The notes: generated by a model from the sequence alone, not told the origin. DNA of 36,248 bases from a virus (IMGVR_UViG_3300045988_150173:1-36248), one strand, 5' to 3'. Shown: positions 15,791 to 24,574, counted from the first letter of the stretch. Numbers and translations: made by a program.

Positions 15791-16647
15791 GGCGTAATGG
15801 TTGCTACTACAATGCCGTCCAAGCGTTCTGGGAATACCTTCAAAGCGTCCATGATTACTGATTGATAAGTCAGAGAATCGTTAACGTTATTGTGGGCAAT
15901 CCCGATTAAGCCAGTCTCATCAGTCGTAAAGTTGAATGCCTGAGAAAGAGCCCCACCAACTTGAGCATAAGCAATATTTAAGTTGTTAGCCGCAGTTGCG
16001 ATTACTTTGCTTTGTGGGACAGCACTGGAAACGATAACCGAGTTGAAGTTGAAGAAGCCTTGTAGGTAAGTCATACCAAAGGCAGTTTGCAAAGTAACGT
16101 CGGTGTTACCAAGGTAGTCGTAAAAGTCTAGTGGGTTGACAAAAAGGACTGATTGAATGTCATCATCTTCCCACTTCACAGCCAACTGGCCCATTACCTT
16201 AGCCACAGCTTCCTTAAAAGTCGTTGCGGTAGCGGCTGTAACGCCTGTGGTATTAGCTAAGTAGTTGAATAGCCCAGTCTTAACGTCTTTCTGGACTTCT
16301 CTTAACAGCTTAGCATCAGTATCGTTAACTGCTGCTTGAAGGCCGGAAGATTGAATTGCTTCAGCGGTAACCAGCTTACGGTACTTGGCGTAATCCAACG
16401 TCAGTGTTTCAGCAAGTTTCCGGGTTACCTTGGACAGCGGAATAACTTCCCCTTCGCCAGCCTGGGTAGAGGCCTTAGTGACTTCGGACTTGTAAATCTT
16501 AATTTGGTTACCAACAGGCATTGGCGTTAAGCGGGTAACGCCTAGAATTTCTTGCAGCTTCTTAATTGAACCCGTGAACTGCTCCGCGAAGTCGATAGAG
16601 GCGGCAACCAGATCCTTCTGCATAGTAGTATTAGTATCAACAACCAT
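15781..16647 (-). CDS. Major capsid protein
   Basis: 288 aa, directly after the scaffold gene. Abundant-protein codon usage is an impression by eye. The last two sense codons form G GGA AAA. Confidence 0.8.
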   Translation of the reverse strand: MVVDTNTTMQKDLVAASIDFAEQFTGSIKKLQEILGVTRLTPMPVGNQIKIYKSEVTKASTQAGEGEVIPLSKVTRKLAETLTLDYAKYRKLVTAEAIQSSGLQAAVNDTDAKLLREVQKDVKTGLFNYLANTTGVTAATATTFKEAVAKVMGQLAVKWEDDDIQSVLFVNPLDFYDYLGNTDVTLQTAFGMTYLQGFFNFNSVIVSSAVPQSKVIATAANNLNIAYAQVGGALSQAFNFTTDETGLIGIAHNNVNDSLTYQSVIMDALKVFPERLDGIVVATITPGK

Positions 16648-16658
16648 AATATAACCTC

Positions 16659-17282
16659 CTATTTCTTAAATAAGTCAAGGTGCTCAGCAATAGACTTCTG
16701 ACGCTCCAGCGGATCTTTAATTTTCATAATATCAGCTTTAGTTACTGACTGTTGACCATTGACCCGTGGCGTCGTGCCTTTAAGCATACCTTTTTTCGTC
16801 TTATCTTGAACATCAGCGATTAGACTCAGAATTGCCTTGGTGTTAGCGTAAGTCTGCTCATCTTCCCCAGTAACCACCATTTCGACAATTTCATCAGACG
16901 GATTAAACCCGCTATCCTGGAAGACTGCCATTGTTTCCTTAACGGCCTTGTTATGGTCAAGCTGGTTCTGCAACTCTTGAATCTGCTTGTCCTTAGCCGC
17001 CAATTCGTCTCTCGACTTAGCATCATCAGATAGTTCTTTGACCGACTTCTTCTTGTCCGTAGAGCCCTCAAGTTCCTTAATCCGGGCTTTCAGTCGGTCG
17101 TTTTCGTCCTTGTATTGATTCTTTTCGCTTTGTTCCTTACCAATCCGCTTCTTGAGTTTGCCTAACAAGGCATCGCTGTCCACCCCTTCAACCTTTGGCG
17201 CCTTAGGCTGTTCTTGAGCTTTCTGTTTGCCTTGTTCTTTGTTAGCCGGAGTAACGTTTTGGCTAGTAATATCTTCATTCAT
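16659..17282 (-). CDS. Scaffolding protein (DUF4355-like)
   Basis: About 207 aa, highly charged and coiled-coil-like (KELEGSTDKKKSVKELSDDAKSRDELAAKDKQIQELQNQL). It lies upstream of the capsid gene. The ATG at 17282 follows a GAAAGGAG RBS. Confidence 0.8.
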   Translation of the reverse strand: MNEDITSQNVTPANKEQGKQKAQEQPKAPKVEGVDSDALLGKLKKRIGKEQSEKNQYKDENDRLKARIKELEGSTDKKKSVKELSDDAKSRDELAAKDKQIQELQNQLDHNKAVKETMAVFQDSGFNPSDEIVEMVVTGEDEQTYANTKAILSLIADVQDKTKKGMLKGTTPRVNGQQSVTKADIMKIKDPLERQKSIAEHLDLFKK

Positions 17283-17375
17283 AGTAAAAACTCCTTTCAC
17301 GCATTTACGGCCATGGGAGGCCCTCGGGCTTAGTTAACGTCCACACACACGGAACGGACGATCCCTGGTTATAGT

Positions 17376-18389
17376 TTAAAATCCAAGCTTATTCAGCTTT
17401 TTGTCCAACATCTTATCAGAATAGTAAGAACCAATCGAACAGCGGCAGTTTGGGTGGGTATCTTGCGGAATCTTCGGTGCCTTTTTCAGCGGATAAATTC
17501 CCGGCCCCTCGCCGTTATCGACCCGTGCAAGCCGAGCGCAAACAGCACATGCACTAGGTTCCGCAAACCATTCTACCCATTTGAAACCGTTAGCCTCGAT
17601 AGATTCACGTTGAACGTCATATGCGACCCGTGCTGACTCAGTCCGAACCAGCCGTTCAGTGGCATAGCGCTGATTCTCCATCGTCGAACGGACGGTTTTG
17701 CGCAGCCGCTGGGCCATCTTCTGGTTAGACTCACCACTAATGAAGCCAGCCGACAGCACAGCGTCAAGGTTAGCCTTCAGGACGTCCTGGTTCTTCCACA
17801 AGCGCTGAGACCAATTGCCACCCTGAACGTTCTTCATCACCAGCACTTGTGGTTGGAATGACGTCCAGGGCTTTGCATTGCCCAATTGTTCGCCCATGAT
17901 TCCAGCTTGACGTTTGAACTCCTTGCGGGCATCGTCAGTCAACTTTAATCCCAACGAAGTATTAAGCTCGCCGGTCAACTGTGTTAGTTCAAGGCCAACC
18001 TCAGACTTCAAGAATTCTAGGCGGTTGATCTGCATAGTGGCATTGTACAGCCGTATTCGGGCGTTCTCTTCGGACGTAAAGTCACCATAAGTAACGCGGT
18101 GGCCTTGACTACGTAACTGATTAGCACGACCAACCAGCTTTTGAGCGTCCTGACTGGCCCGTTGAATGTCCAGGTTGTCGACTTCCTTTTGCATTTCGGC
18201 ATAGGGCTGACCAGAACGAGTTGCTAGCCATTGCAATTGATTATTGATGTCGTCATTGATTCGACGAATAGCAGCTTCATACTGACTACGGATCTGACCG
18301 ATATAGCGTTCATCATCAGCCAACTGCTTCATCTGCCAGCGACGTTCTTGCTCTTCCCGGTCTTGCCAATAACTACTCTTCTTCGCCAT
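17376..18389 (-). CDS. Minor head protein (SPP1 gp7 / Mu F-like head morphogenesis)
   Basis: About 337 aa, directly after the portal gene. The C-terminal region (WVEWFAEPSACAVCARL...HPNCRCS) is characteristic of the gp7 family. Confidence 0.8.
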   Translation of the reverse strand: MAKKSSYWQDREEQERRWQMKQLADDERYIGQIRSQYEAAIRRINDDINNQLQWLATRSGQPYAEMQKEVDNLDIQRASQDAQKLVGRANQLRSQGHRVTYGDFTSEENARIRLYNATMQINRLEFLKSEVGLELTQLTGELNTSLGLKLTDDARKEFKRQAGIMGEQLGNAKPWTSFQPQVLVMKNVQGGNWSQRLWKNQDVLKANLDAVLSAGFISGESNQKMAQRLRKTVRSTMENQRYATERLVRTESARVAYDVQRESIEANGFKWVEWFAEPSACAVCARLARVDNGEGPGIYPLKKAPKIPQDTHPNCRCSIGSYYSDKMLDKKLNKLGF

Positions 18390-19773
18390 CAGCTTCACCG
18401 CCTAGTGATTCATCTTGGCCCTTCTGCTGGTCAGTAGCGGCAAACTGCAAACCGGGCATATTCTTTACCTTTTCGGCTTGCTCCTCTTCCTTCCGCTTCA
18501 GTTCTCCCTTCGGGTCATCAACAATCGACAGGACAGACAATGCTGTTTCCTGTGAGGTAATGCCTGATAGCTTCTGAGCGGTGTCAGCCTCCGATTCAAC
18601 ATTGGCTGGCATATTCCGTGGGAAGTTGAAGTCGAGGTTGCTCCAGGCGTCTTCGGGAGCAACACGGTCAAGACTAAACAGGATCCGGTAGCACTGCCGT
18701 AACCCCTGACGAAACTTCCGTTCTTTATTCGCTGCCATGTTCTGCATGGGGAGCATCTTGTACTTTAAAGCTACACCAGAAGAATTACCGCTGAACTCTT
18801 TGTCGTTTAAGTTAACCACCTGACTAGTCTGATAAATCAGGTCCATTAAGCGGTTCAACATGTTCTCTTGCATGGTGTCACCATCAGGCTTACTGATGAA
18901 GTCAACTACTGCATCGGCCGCTTCAGCATCTGGCGAGTAGATCATGTGGTTCTGCATAATATCCACGTCAGGCTTGCCATCGCCGTCCTTATCAAGGTTA
19001 AGCCCTAACATTTTCAGGTAGGCGTTGTCGAAGTATTCGACCTGGTTAGCTTTCTGGCTCAGCACTTTATCTAGTGACTGGCACAACGTTTTGACATTAT
19101 CGAAAACACCTTGCCGCTCCACGTTGTCAATAAACTCGACAGCAGGAACCATTCCATAAGGATTAGGTGTTTCTTCTCCTAGTTCATCGTCAAATGCAAC
19201 GGTCTTATTAGCATAGTAGATATTACCAAGCCACTGTGACTTCCCCTTGCGGTCCTTAGCATAAGTGATAAAGGCTAACGGCCGTTGGGCAATCGTATCA
19301 TCATAAACCATGAAGGCTTTCTGTGGTGATACAACTGCGACCTTGGTTTCAGCGTCTTCATCCTGATAGAAGAATAGAAAAGACCGGCCATACAGATCAG
19401 CTTGTTTGCTAACCTCGTTCAGTCGGTCTTGTAATGAATTGCTGTCGTTCCAATCCTGTAATGATTGGTTCTGTCCCTTATCCGGCAGGGTAATCTTTGG
19501 AGGATTGCCCATGAAGTAGCCATTGAAGGTGTCCACAATGTAGTGCGGCATATTGACCACCAGTCGATTATCTGGTCCAAAGATTTTCTTAGTAGCAGTT
19601 AAAATATCATGCTGTCCAATATACAATTGCAAATTTTCTTTATAGTCAGCAGCCCAATCTTCGTTCTGACTAATCATCGACTGCAAATCAGTCTTAGTAA
19701 TCTCCTGGTCCTTTGGATATAGCAGCAGGTGATTATCTGTCACCTGAACATCGCTATTACTTGAAATTGCCAT
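18373..19773 (-). CDS. Portal protein (SPP1 gp6-like)
   Basis: 466 aa, directly after terL, with an acidic C-terminus. Size and order are typical. Confidence 0.85.
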   Translation of the reverse strand: MAISSNSDVQVTDNHLLLYPKDQEITKTDLQSMISQNEDWAADYKENLQLYIGQHDILTATKKIFGPDNRLVVNMPHYIVDTFNGYFMGNPPKITLPDKGQNQSLQDWNDSNSLQDRLNEVSKQADLYGRSFLFFYQDEDAETKVAVVSPQKAFMVYDDTIAQRPLAFITYAKDRKGKSQWLGNIYYANKTVAFDDELGEETPNPYGMVPAVEFIDNVERQGVFDNVKTLCQSLDKVLSQKANQVEYFDNAYLKMLGLNLDKDGDGKPDVDIMQNHMIYSPDAEAADAVVDFISKPDGDTMQENMLNRLMDLIYQTSQVVNLNDKEFSGNSSGVALKYKMLPMQNMAANKERKFRQGLRQCYRILFSLDRVAPEDAWSNLDFNFPRNMPANVESEADTAQKLSGITSQETALSVLSIVDDPKGELKRKEEEQAEKVKNMPGLQFAATDQQKGQDESLGGEADGEEE

Positions 19774-19785
19774 CTTATCACCTCG

Positions 19786-21051
19786 CTAAATGTAAATATT
19801 GGGAAGAACCGTTGCCTTCGGACTCGCCATACCATTGATTTCATTCAAGGCGTACCGAATAGCATCAATTTCGTGGTTGTAGGCGTCAACCGGCTCATTG
19901 GTATATTCGCCAGTCTGGCGGTCCTTCTTGTAGGTGTAGTTCTCCAGTTCCTCAATCGTCTTCACACAGCGGTCATCAACAACTAGGTGGTACTGCTGCA
20001 TGAAGCTAATGCCTTGAATAATACTGTCTTTTCCCTTCTTAGCAGGACGAATCCGATAAATGCCATCCCGTTTGATTTCGGCAATTGACTTCGGCTCAGC
20101 GGCATCAGCCGTGATGACTTCCTTGCTGTAACCCATTTGCTTAATCATCCGGGATATATCGGAATTCAGCATACCGTGCTTGGCGTACTCTTCCATCACG
20201 TAAATAATGTGGCGGTCCTGGTCAACCTTAACGTGCATAAAGGCCGTTTCATCATTGGTGTAACCAAAGTCCAAGCCGAAGTATGATGGCAAATTTGACA
20301 GCTTACGAACACTAAGCCGCCGCTTCTCAAATTCAGGAAACACCAGCTTGTCCAGTGTAGCAAACTCGCCCAGCGTGTAGATCTTGTAGTAGGCTGGGTT
20401 AGTCTGCTTCAAGTTCTCAATTGTCTTAATGTTGTCCTCATCCAAGAAGTGGTTGTCCTTGTAAGTCGACTGGTGGATTGCTACCCGATTAGTATCAACC
20501 TCAACATCAGGATCAAACCACTGCTTGTAAGTCCAATTCAACTTTGACACCGGATTAAACATACAGAACAGCTGACGTTCCTTATGCTTGGGCTCACGAA
20601 GACGAAGAGTAAGCTGAGTAAAGTCGTCCTGGTTGAACTCGGATGCTTCTTCCATTACTACGTCAGATAAGCCTTTGATTGACTTAATCTTTTCCGGGTC
20701 GTCCATTCCTTTAAACAGAAAAACCGCACCATTCGGCAAATTGATGGTACGGTTTGACTTATTGATCCGGCACAATGGTAGTAGCTGCCATGTCGACAAG
20801 CAGTCTAACACGTCGGTAAAAATAGAATCCTGAATGGTCCGGTCGACCTTGCGAAGCCACAGCACTTTGCGGGGATGTTTCCAGTGTTTCAGTGATTTAA
20901 GCACTACCTTCTGGACTACGCCATGTGACTTGCCAGAACTGGCACCTCCATACCAGACTTCGATGAAGTGGTCGTAATCGAAAAGACTATCGAAAATCTG
21001 CTTGTTGAAGACGTTAGCAGGCTTGGGGAAGTTCAGATTAATCGTCGGCAT
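19786..21051 (-). CDS. terL: Terminase large subunit
   Basis: 421 aa. It has Walker A GGASSGKSHG, a Walker B-like VVMEEASEF, and a C-terminal nuclease region with conserved acidic residues. Confidence 0.92.
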   Translation of the reverse strand: MPTINLNFPKPANVFNKQIFDSLFDYDHFIEVWYGGASSGKSHGVVQKVVLKSLKHWKHPRKVLWLRKVDRTIQDSIFTDVLDCLSTWQLLPLCRINKSNRTINLPNGAVFLFKGMDDPEKIKSIKGLSDVVMEEASEFNQDDFTQLTLRLREPKHKERQLFCMFNPVSKLNWTYKQWFDPDVEVDTNRVAIHQSTYKDNHFLDEDNIKTIENLKQTNPAYYKIYTLGEFATLDKLVFPEFEKRRLSVRKLSNLPSYFGLDFGYTNDETAFMHVKVDQDRHIIYVMEEYAKHGMLNSDISRMIKQMGYSKEVITADAAEPKSIAEIKRDGIYRIRPAKKGKDSIIQGISFMQQYHLVVDDRCVKTIEELENYTYKKDRQTGEYTNEPVDAYNHEIDAIRYALNEINGMASPKATVLPNIYI

Positions 21052-21190
21052 AATCCATCACCAGAAAAACGATAAAAAATTCAACTATTAGTGCAGCGAT
21101 AAAGCACCAGGCGTTGACTAACTCAGGTTTCAACCACAATGCTGCTATAAGCATAACTGGTATAAATGCCATTGCACTAATCTTCATCAT
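21038..21190 (-). CDS. Small two-TM membrane protein (50 aa) wedged between terS and terL
   Basis: MMKISAMAFIPVMLIAALWLKPELVNAWCFIAALIVEFFIVFLVMDYADD. It overlaps the terS stop by 14 nt and the terL start by 14 nt, filling the 125-nt gap. Confidence 0.5.
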   Translation of the reverse strand: MMKISAMAFIPVMLIAALWLKPELVNAWCFIAALIVEFFIVFLVMDYADD

Positions 21191-21614
21191 AATCCCCCAT
21201 TCCAATATCAATGTCCAAATTGCCGTTGACTTCCTTTTTGTCCGTCCAAGCTCCGAACCGTTTACCAATCAGCTCCAATGCCTTCAGCTTGTCAGCATTC
21301 CGAGTAGACGTTTCAATAACGTCACCCTTGTTAGTAACGGTCTCTTCAGTTGTTTCGCCTCGACCCATCGCCGCTAGCCGTTCCATGACTTCCTGCATGT
21401 CCATCGTCTTAGCGGATTGAATTTCAGCGTTGCGGCGATCTAATTCGGCTTTAATGACAGGTTTTGACAAGTTTTCAGTAGCAATCCGGTTAGCTGTCTT
21501 CTCAGAATAACCAGCCTTAATTGCCGCTTGAGTAGCATTACCGGAAATAATATACTCATCGACAAATCGTTGTTGCTTCAACGTTAACTTCTTAGTAATG
21601 CTACTCACCTCCAC
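21177..21614 (-). CDS. terS: Terminase small subunit (Terminase_2-like)
   Basis: LTLKQQRFVDEYIISGNATQAAIKAGYSEKTA is the classic terS HTH N-terminus. The exact start is ambiguous (GTG 21614 lacks a spaced RBS). Confidence 0.88.
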   Translation of the reverse strand: MEVSSITKKLTLKQQRFVDEYIISGNATQAAIKAGYSEKTANRIATENLSKPVIKAELDRRNAEIQSAKTMDMQEVMERLAAMGRGETTEETVTNKGDVIETSTRNADKLKALELIGKRFGAWTDKKEVNGNLDIDIGMGDYDED

Positions 21615-21642
21615 AAAAGAAAAGCACCACCGAAGCAGTGCT
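21613..21642 (-). terminator. Intrinsic terminator-like hairpin abutting the terS start
   Basis: The minus strand reads AGCACTGC-TTCG-GTGGTGCT: an 8-bp stem with two G-U pairs and a UUCG loop. TTTCTTTTG follows, then GGAGGTG. Confidence 0.6.
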
Positions 21643-21738
21643 CAAAGTATTTATTAGCGTTCCGTTCCAAAAACTTCACAATATCATAATAACATGGTTT
21701 TTAAGTCAAAAAAGGTAATTATGCGGTAATTCCGCGCC

Positions 21739-22188
21739 CTATTTTTTATCAAGCGGTTGCCATTCACCTAACCAGCGCCAAGGAATGATTTCCAACGCCT
21801 GATCCAAAGCGGCCTCTTGCTTTGAGCGAAAAGTCTTATTTGACATATCCCAGCCATAACGTTCAGCCACCAGCCGCATACACTTCCGCTGGGAGAATTC
21901 GTGCAAGTATCGCCACGATAAGATGTCAGCCAGCATAGTGTACTGGTCCCCCACGTCCCGAAGATTATCCACGATAACCTGTCGCTTCCAGCATTCGTTT
22001 TTTGCAGTAGCATGAGCGTCTAACTGTGCGTTGGGATCTTTTTTGACTGGTGCCTTGGGCATACCGTCATAGGACACCCCGCCAACGTCAGCTGAAATCT
22101 GTTTCGACTTCCGCTTCCAAAGATGATACTCGCTTAAAAAATCGGCCATTTTTCGTTGCTCAAAATTAATTATACTCACCTCACACAA
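21739..22188 (-). CDS. ArpU-family late transcriptional regulator
   Basis: 149 aa, the last gene before terS. The C-terminal region (LSWRYLHEFSQRKCMRLVAERYGWDMSNKTFRSKQEAALDQALEI) resembles the sigma-region-4-like part of ArpU. Confidence 0.6.
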   Translation of the reverse strand: MCEVSIINFEQRKMADFLSEYHLWKRKSKQISADVGGVSYDGMPKAPVKKDPNAQLDAHATAKNECWKRQVIVDNLRDVGDQYTMLADILSWRYLHEFSQRKCMRLVAERYGWDMSNKTFRSKQEAALDQALEIIPWRWLGEWQPLDKK

Positions 22189-22315
22189 TAAATAGGAAAT
22201 GTAACAACCCAGACACTAACTCAGACACTAACCACCAGCCGAACAGGCCAAGAATGGCAATTAGCATCGCAATCCAGATGATGGTAATGCCTACAATCAT
22301 GATTCGCTCAAACAT
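22181..22315 (-). CDS. Small membrane peptide (44 aa)
   Basis: Hand-translated as MFERIMIVGITIIWIAMLIAILGLFGWWLVSELVSGLLHFLFIV. A GGAGG RBS lies 6 nt upstream. It overlaps its neighbours. Confidence 0.5.
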   Translation of the reverse strand: MFERIMIVGITIIWIAMLIAILGLFGWWLVSELVSGLLHFLFIV

Positions 22316-22505
22316 GATTCGCCTCCAAACTTAGATACTTCGGTTCAATTTCAACCGGGCCATAACGGTTATTGAGTGACCGCCGTTGCACCAGTACCAC
22401 GTCACCAGTTGTGCTCTGCTTACAGTAGATGATGTCGTAGCAGTCACCCATGTAGTAGACCGGTTGCTTGGCCTACATGGCCTTAATGGCTTCTTCAATC
22501 GTCAT
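22308..22505 (-). pseudogene. Small phage gene (65 codons) interrupted by an in-frame TAG at codon 11
   Basis: MTIEEAIKAM*AKQPVYYMGDCYDIIYCKQSTTGDVVLVQRRSLNNRYGPVEIEPKYLSLEANHV. The TAG is at 22475-22473. The ATG overlaps the upstream stop, and an internal ATG at 22451 could restart translation. Confidence 0.5.
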
Positions 22506-23055
22506 TGCCATCACCACACTTTTGAATGCTCCGAATAATAGCAGTGGGGATGATGAAGTTGCCAAAGTCGATTGCTTTGTTTTGGAAATCGCTAGACATA
22601 AAAGTGCTATATCGCCGTTCACCGTGCAGCTCTTGACCATTATCCAGCGTGATAATTACACCGTGCTGGGGTAGTTCATAGGTTGGCCCAGCACTCTCGT
22701 CTATACGACAACCAGTAATAGCTCGAATGATATCGTTGTGCTTATCCTCTAGTTTTTTCTTCAGCTGGCCAAAGGCATGCTCTTGAGCGCCAACCCAATT
22801 GCGTCGTTCGATAGGCGTATTTACATAGTCGTTAATTAAATTTAAGAGAGCATAAGCATTACCAAGAGAACGGTTTTTAGCTGTTTTGAGTGCTTCCCAA
22901 TTAACTAATATATTCTCCAAGTATTCAACGTTGTCAGGAAAGTCCATGAAACTTTCTTCGTTTTCAGCGATGACATTTATCCTATTGCCGTCATGACACA
23001 CAACATGCCACGAAGAACAGTTATTAATTTCCCTAATTAACTCATCTTTAGTCAT
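22495..23055 (-). CDS. Hypothetical protein (186 aa)
   Basis: ORF with ATG at 23055 after a GAAGAGG RBS (MTKDELIREINN...). No family was recognised. Confidence 0.6.
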   Translation of the reverse strand: MTKDELIREINNCSSWHVVCHDGNRINVIAENEESFMDFPDNVEYLENILVNWEALKTAKNRSLGNAYALLNLINDYVNTPIERRNWVGAQEHAFGQLKKKLEDKHNDIIRAITGCRIDESAGPTYELPQHGVIITLDNGQELHGERRYSTFMSSDFQNKAIDFGNFIIPTAIIRSIQKCGDGNDD

Positions 23056-23068
23056 CTTCGTTACCTCT

Positions 23069-23230
23069 TCATATACACCAAACAAGAACAACAAATGCAA
23101 TGGCAAGTCCGAAAAGTGTTAATAGCATCCACGCCGGTTGGTTAAGGAAACAACTAAGTGCTACCCCAGCAATATCCATAACGATTGCAAATGTAAGCGA
23201 GGATTTCACCACCATTTCTTGTTTATCCAT
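23069..23230 (-). CDS. Small two-TM membrane protein (53 aa)
   Basis: Hand-translated as MDKQEMVVKSSLTFAIVMDIAGVALSCFLNQPAWMLLTLFGLAIAFVVLVWCI. An AGGAGG RBS is present. The start overlaps the upstream stop (ATGGATAA). Confidence 0.5.
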   Translation of the reverse strand: MDKQEMVVKSSLTFAIVMDIAGVALSCFLNQPAWMLLTLFGLAIAFVVLVWCI

Positions 23231-23549
23231 CTTCGTTACCTCCTAAGGGACGGCCGCACATTGGGCAATAGTTAATGGGGATCATCACTTGAAAAGTAAG
23301 AGGATTAGCCACCCATAAGTACCAACCATCCTCTCCAAGTACAAGTTCCGATTGATAATCAGAACCAACCTTAATCATTTTTAGCCCGTGATCTCCATCC
23401 TTTTCATGGCAGTAAGGGCAATTCTTTTGCTTGTCGATTTTTGCTTTCACTTTTTCTGCCTGCCCATATCCCATACGTTCAGCGTATTCATCGAACCGTC
23501 CCTGCTTGTAACCATCGTGGTATGCCTTTTCTCGTTCTGTTAGTTTCAT
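23223..23549 (-). CDS. Zn-ribbon protein (108 aa), paralog of 23553..23762
   Basis: KQKNCPYCH ... NYCPMCGRPL gives two CxxC pairs. The motif spacing and flanking residues are shared with the neighbouring gene. Confidence 0.65.
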   Translation of the reverse strand: MKLTEREKAYHDGYKQGRFDEYAERMGYGQAEKVKAKIDKQKNCPYCHEKDGDHGLKMIKVGSDYQSELVLGEDGWYLWVANPLTFQVMIPINYCPMCGRPLGGNEDG

Positions 23550-23552
23550 TGT

Positions 23553-23762
23553 TCAATCCTCCCTGTTCAGTGGGCGCCGGCAAAACGGACAATTAGGTAC
23601 TTTCAAAACGTTAACTTCTCCAATTAAAGATTCTGCAATTGGGCCTTCACCAATAACGTTTGAAATTCTTACATAGTACGAGCCATCCTTACCAACCGAA
23701 GGAAACGGCTTATAAGGGATGTGACAGTACGGACAATTCTTTTGCTTTTCAGTTAGTTCCAT
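23553..23762 (-). CDS. Zn-ribbon protein (69 aa), paralog of 23223..23549
   Basis: MELTEKQKNCPYCH ... PNCPFCRRPL. The ATG at 23762 follows an AAGGGGTGG RBS, with a TAATG overlap. Confidence 0.65.
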   Translation of the reverse strand: MELTEKQKNCPYCHIPYKPFPSVGKDGSYYVRISNVIGEGPIAESLIGEVNVLKVPNCPFCRRPLNRED

Positions 23763-23995
23763 TATTTCCACCCCTTAATTTCTTTAATCGCTAGATACAG
23801 CGGCTTGTCCATTCCGTTTAAACTACAGTAGGCGTCGAGAACCGCCTGCTTATCGGGGTAAATAACCACGTCTTCATTGTTGTCATCTGATGCCCAAGTT
23901 GCTAGTAAAGCGATCGGATAACCTATCGAACCAACGGCTTTCCCGAAAGTAACGAAAAAATTATATAAAACCTGTTCATCTTTAGTTAGTTTCAT
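23762..23995 (-). CDS. Hypothetical protein (77 aa)
   Basis: ORF from ATG 23995 (MKLTKDEQVLYNFF...), with a GAGAGGTG RBS. It is translationally coupled on both sides. Confidence 0.55.
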   Translation of the reverse strand: MKLTKDEQVLYNFFVTFGKAVGSIGYPIALLATWASDDNNEDVVIYPDKQAVLDAYCSLNGMDKPLYLAIKEIKGWK

Positions 23996-24228
23996 CAGTC
24001 GCACCTCTCATAAGTACTGCGGAAGACATCTGGATAGCAGACTTCATGGAATCCATCTTCATCTGTAATGATGTATGTGCCTTTTACAATCGGAGTGAAA
24101 TTATAATCTGTAGGCAAGACCCACGTTTTAGGGCCATAAGAATGTAATCTATATTTTTCTATCATCTCTTCTGACCCATCAAACTGTTCTGCTTCGATTA
24201 ATGCTGTTTTTCGATATTTATGAATCAA
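23995..24228 (-). CDS. Hypothetical protein (77 aa)
   Basis: ORF track entry. The TTG start overlaps the upstream TGA. No family was recognised with confidence. Confidence 0.5.
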   Translation of the reverse strand: MIHKYRKTALIEAEQFDGSEEMIEKYRLHSYGPKTWVLPTDYNFTPIVKGTYIITDEDGFHEVCYPDVFRSTYERCD

Positions 24229-24371
24229 TATAAGTCCACCTCTTCAACTTGGTATAAATCACTGTCATCGGGGTAGCTTTCTATGGCTCGTTCCGCCTCT
24301 TCCTTTGATTTGAAAGCGTCCATAAGCCAAACATCATCGTAGTATTGGTAGTAAGTAACATAGATTGTCAT
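24225..24371 (-). CDS. Small acidic hypothetical protein (48 aa)
   Basis: Hand-translated as MTIYVTYYQYYDDVWLMDAFKSKEEAERAIESYPDDSDLYQVEEVDLY. It has a TAATG overlap with the upstream gene. Confidence 0.45.
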   Translation of the reverse strand: MTIYVTYYQYYDDVWLMDAFKSKEEAERAIESYPDDSDLYQVEEVDLY

Positions 24372-24574
24372 TAGTTAATCACCGTCTCTTCAGAGTAATT
24401 GTCGGGATTAATTGGACCGCTAACTGCAAAGTCACTATCTTTATAGAAAATAGCTGTCTGTGTTGTATTAAACATATCTGCAACCAATCTTTTTGCATTT
24501 TCTTCATTCTTAGCAACTACTAAATAACTGCCAAAATAGAATCCTTTACTTAACATTACTTCGTAAATGTGCAT
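24371..24574 (-). CDS. Hypothetical protein (67 aa)
   Basis: ORF with a strong AAGGAGGAA RBS. Confidence 0.55.
   Translation of the reverse strand: MHIYEVMLSKGFYFGSYLVVAKNEENAKRLVADMFNTTQTAIFYKDSDFAVSGPINPDNYSEETVIN

Noticed and set aside
17301-17375. Structured 75-nt intergenic spacer between the minor head and scaffold genes (several 4-5-bp GC stems)
   Set aside because: The stems are short and not followed by U-tracts, and no promoter-like elements are present. It is insufficient to call a terminator or an RNA element.
21683-21709. Late promoter TTGACT ... TATGAT upstream of the terS leader
   Set aside because: The -35-like hexamer is good, but the best -10 candidate is only 15 nt away and alternatives are poor. 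It is not listed as a feature. An ArpU-dependent promoter may not resemble sigma-A consensus anyway.
23053-23242. 15-nt duplicate CATCTTCGTTACCTC at 23053-23067 and 23228-23242 as a recombination or regulatory repeat
   Set aside because: It corresponds to RBS-plus-start contexts of two adjacent genes. It is too short to exclude chance or convergent RBS similarity, so it is mentioned only as a hint inside the accessory-block finding.
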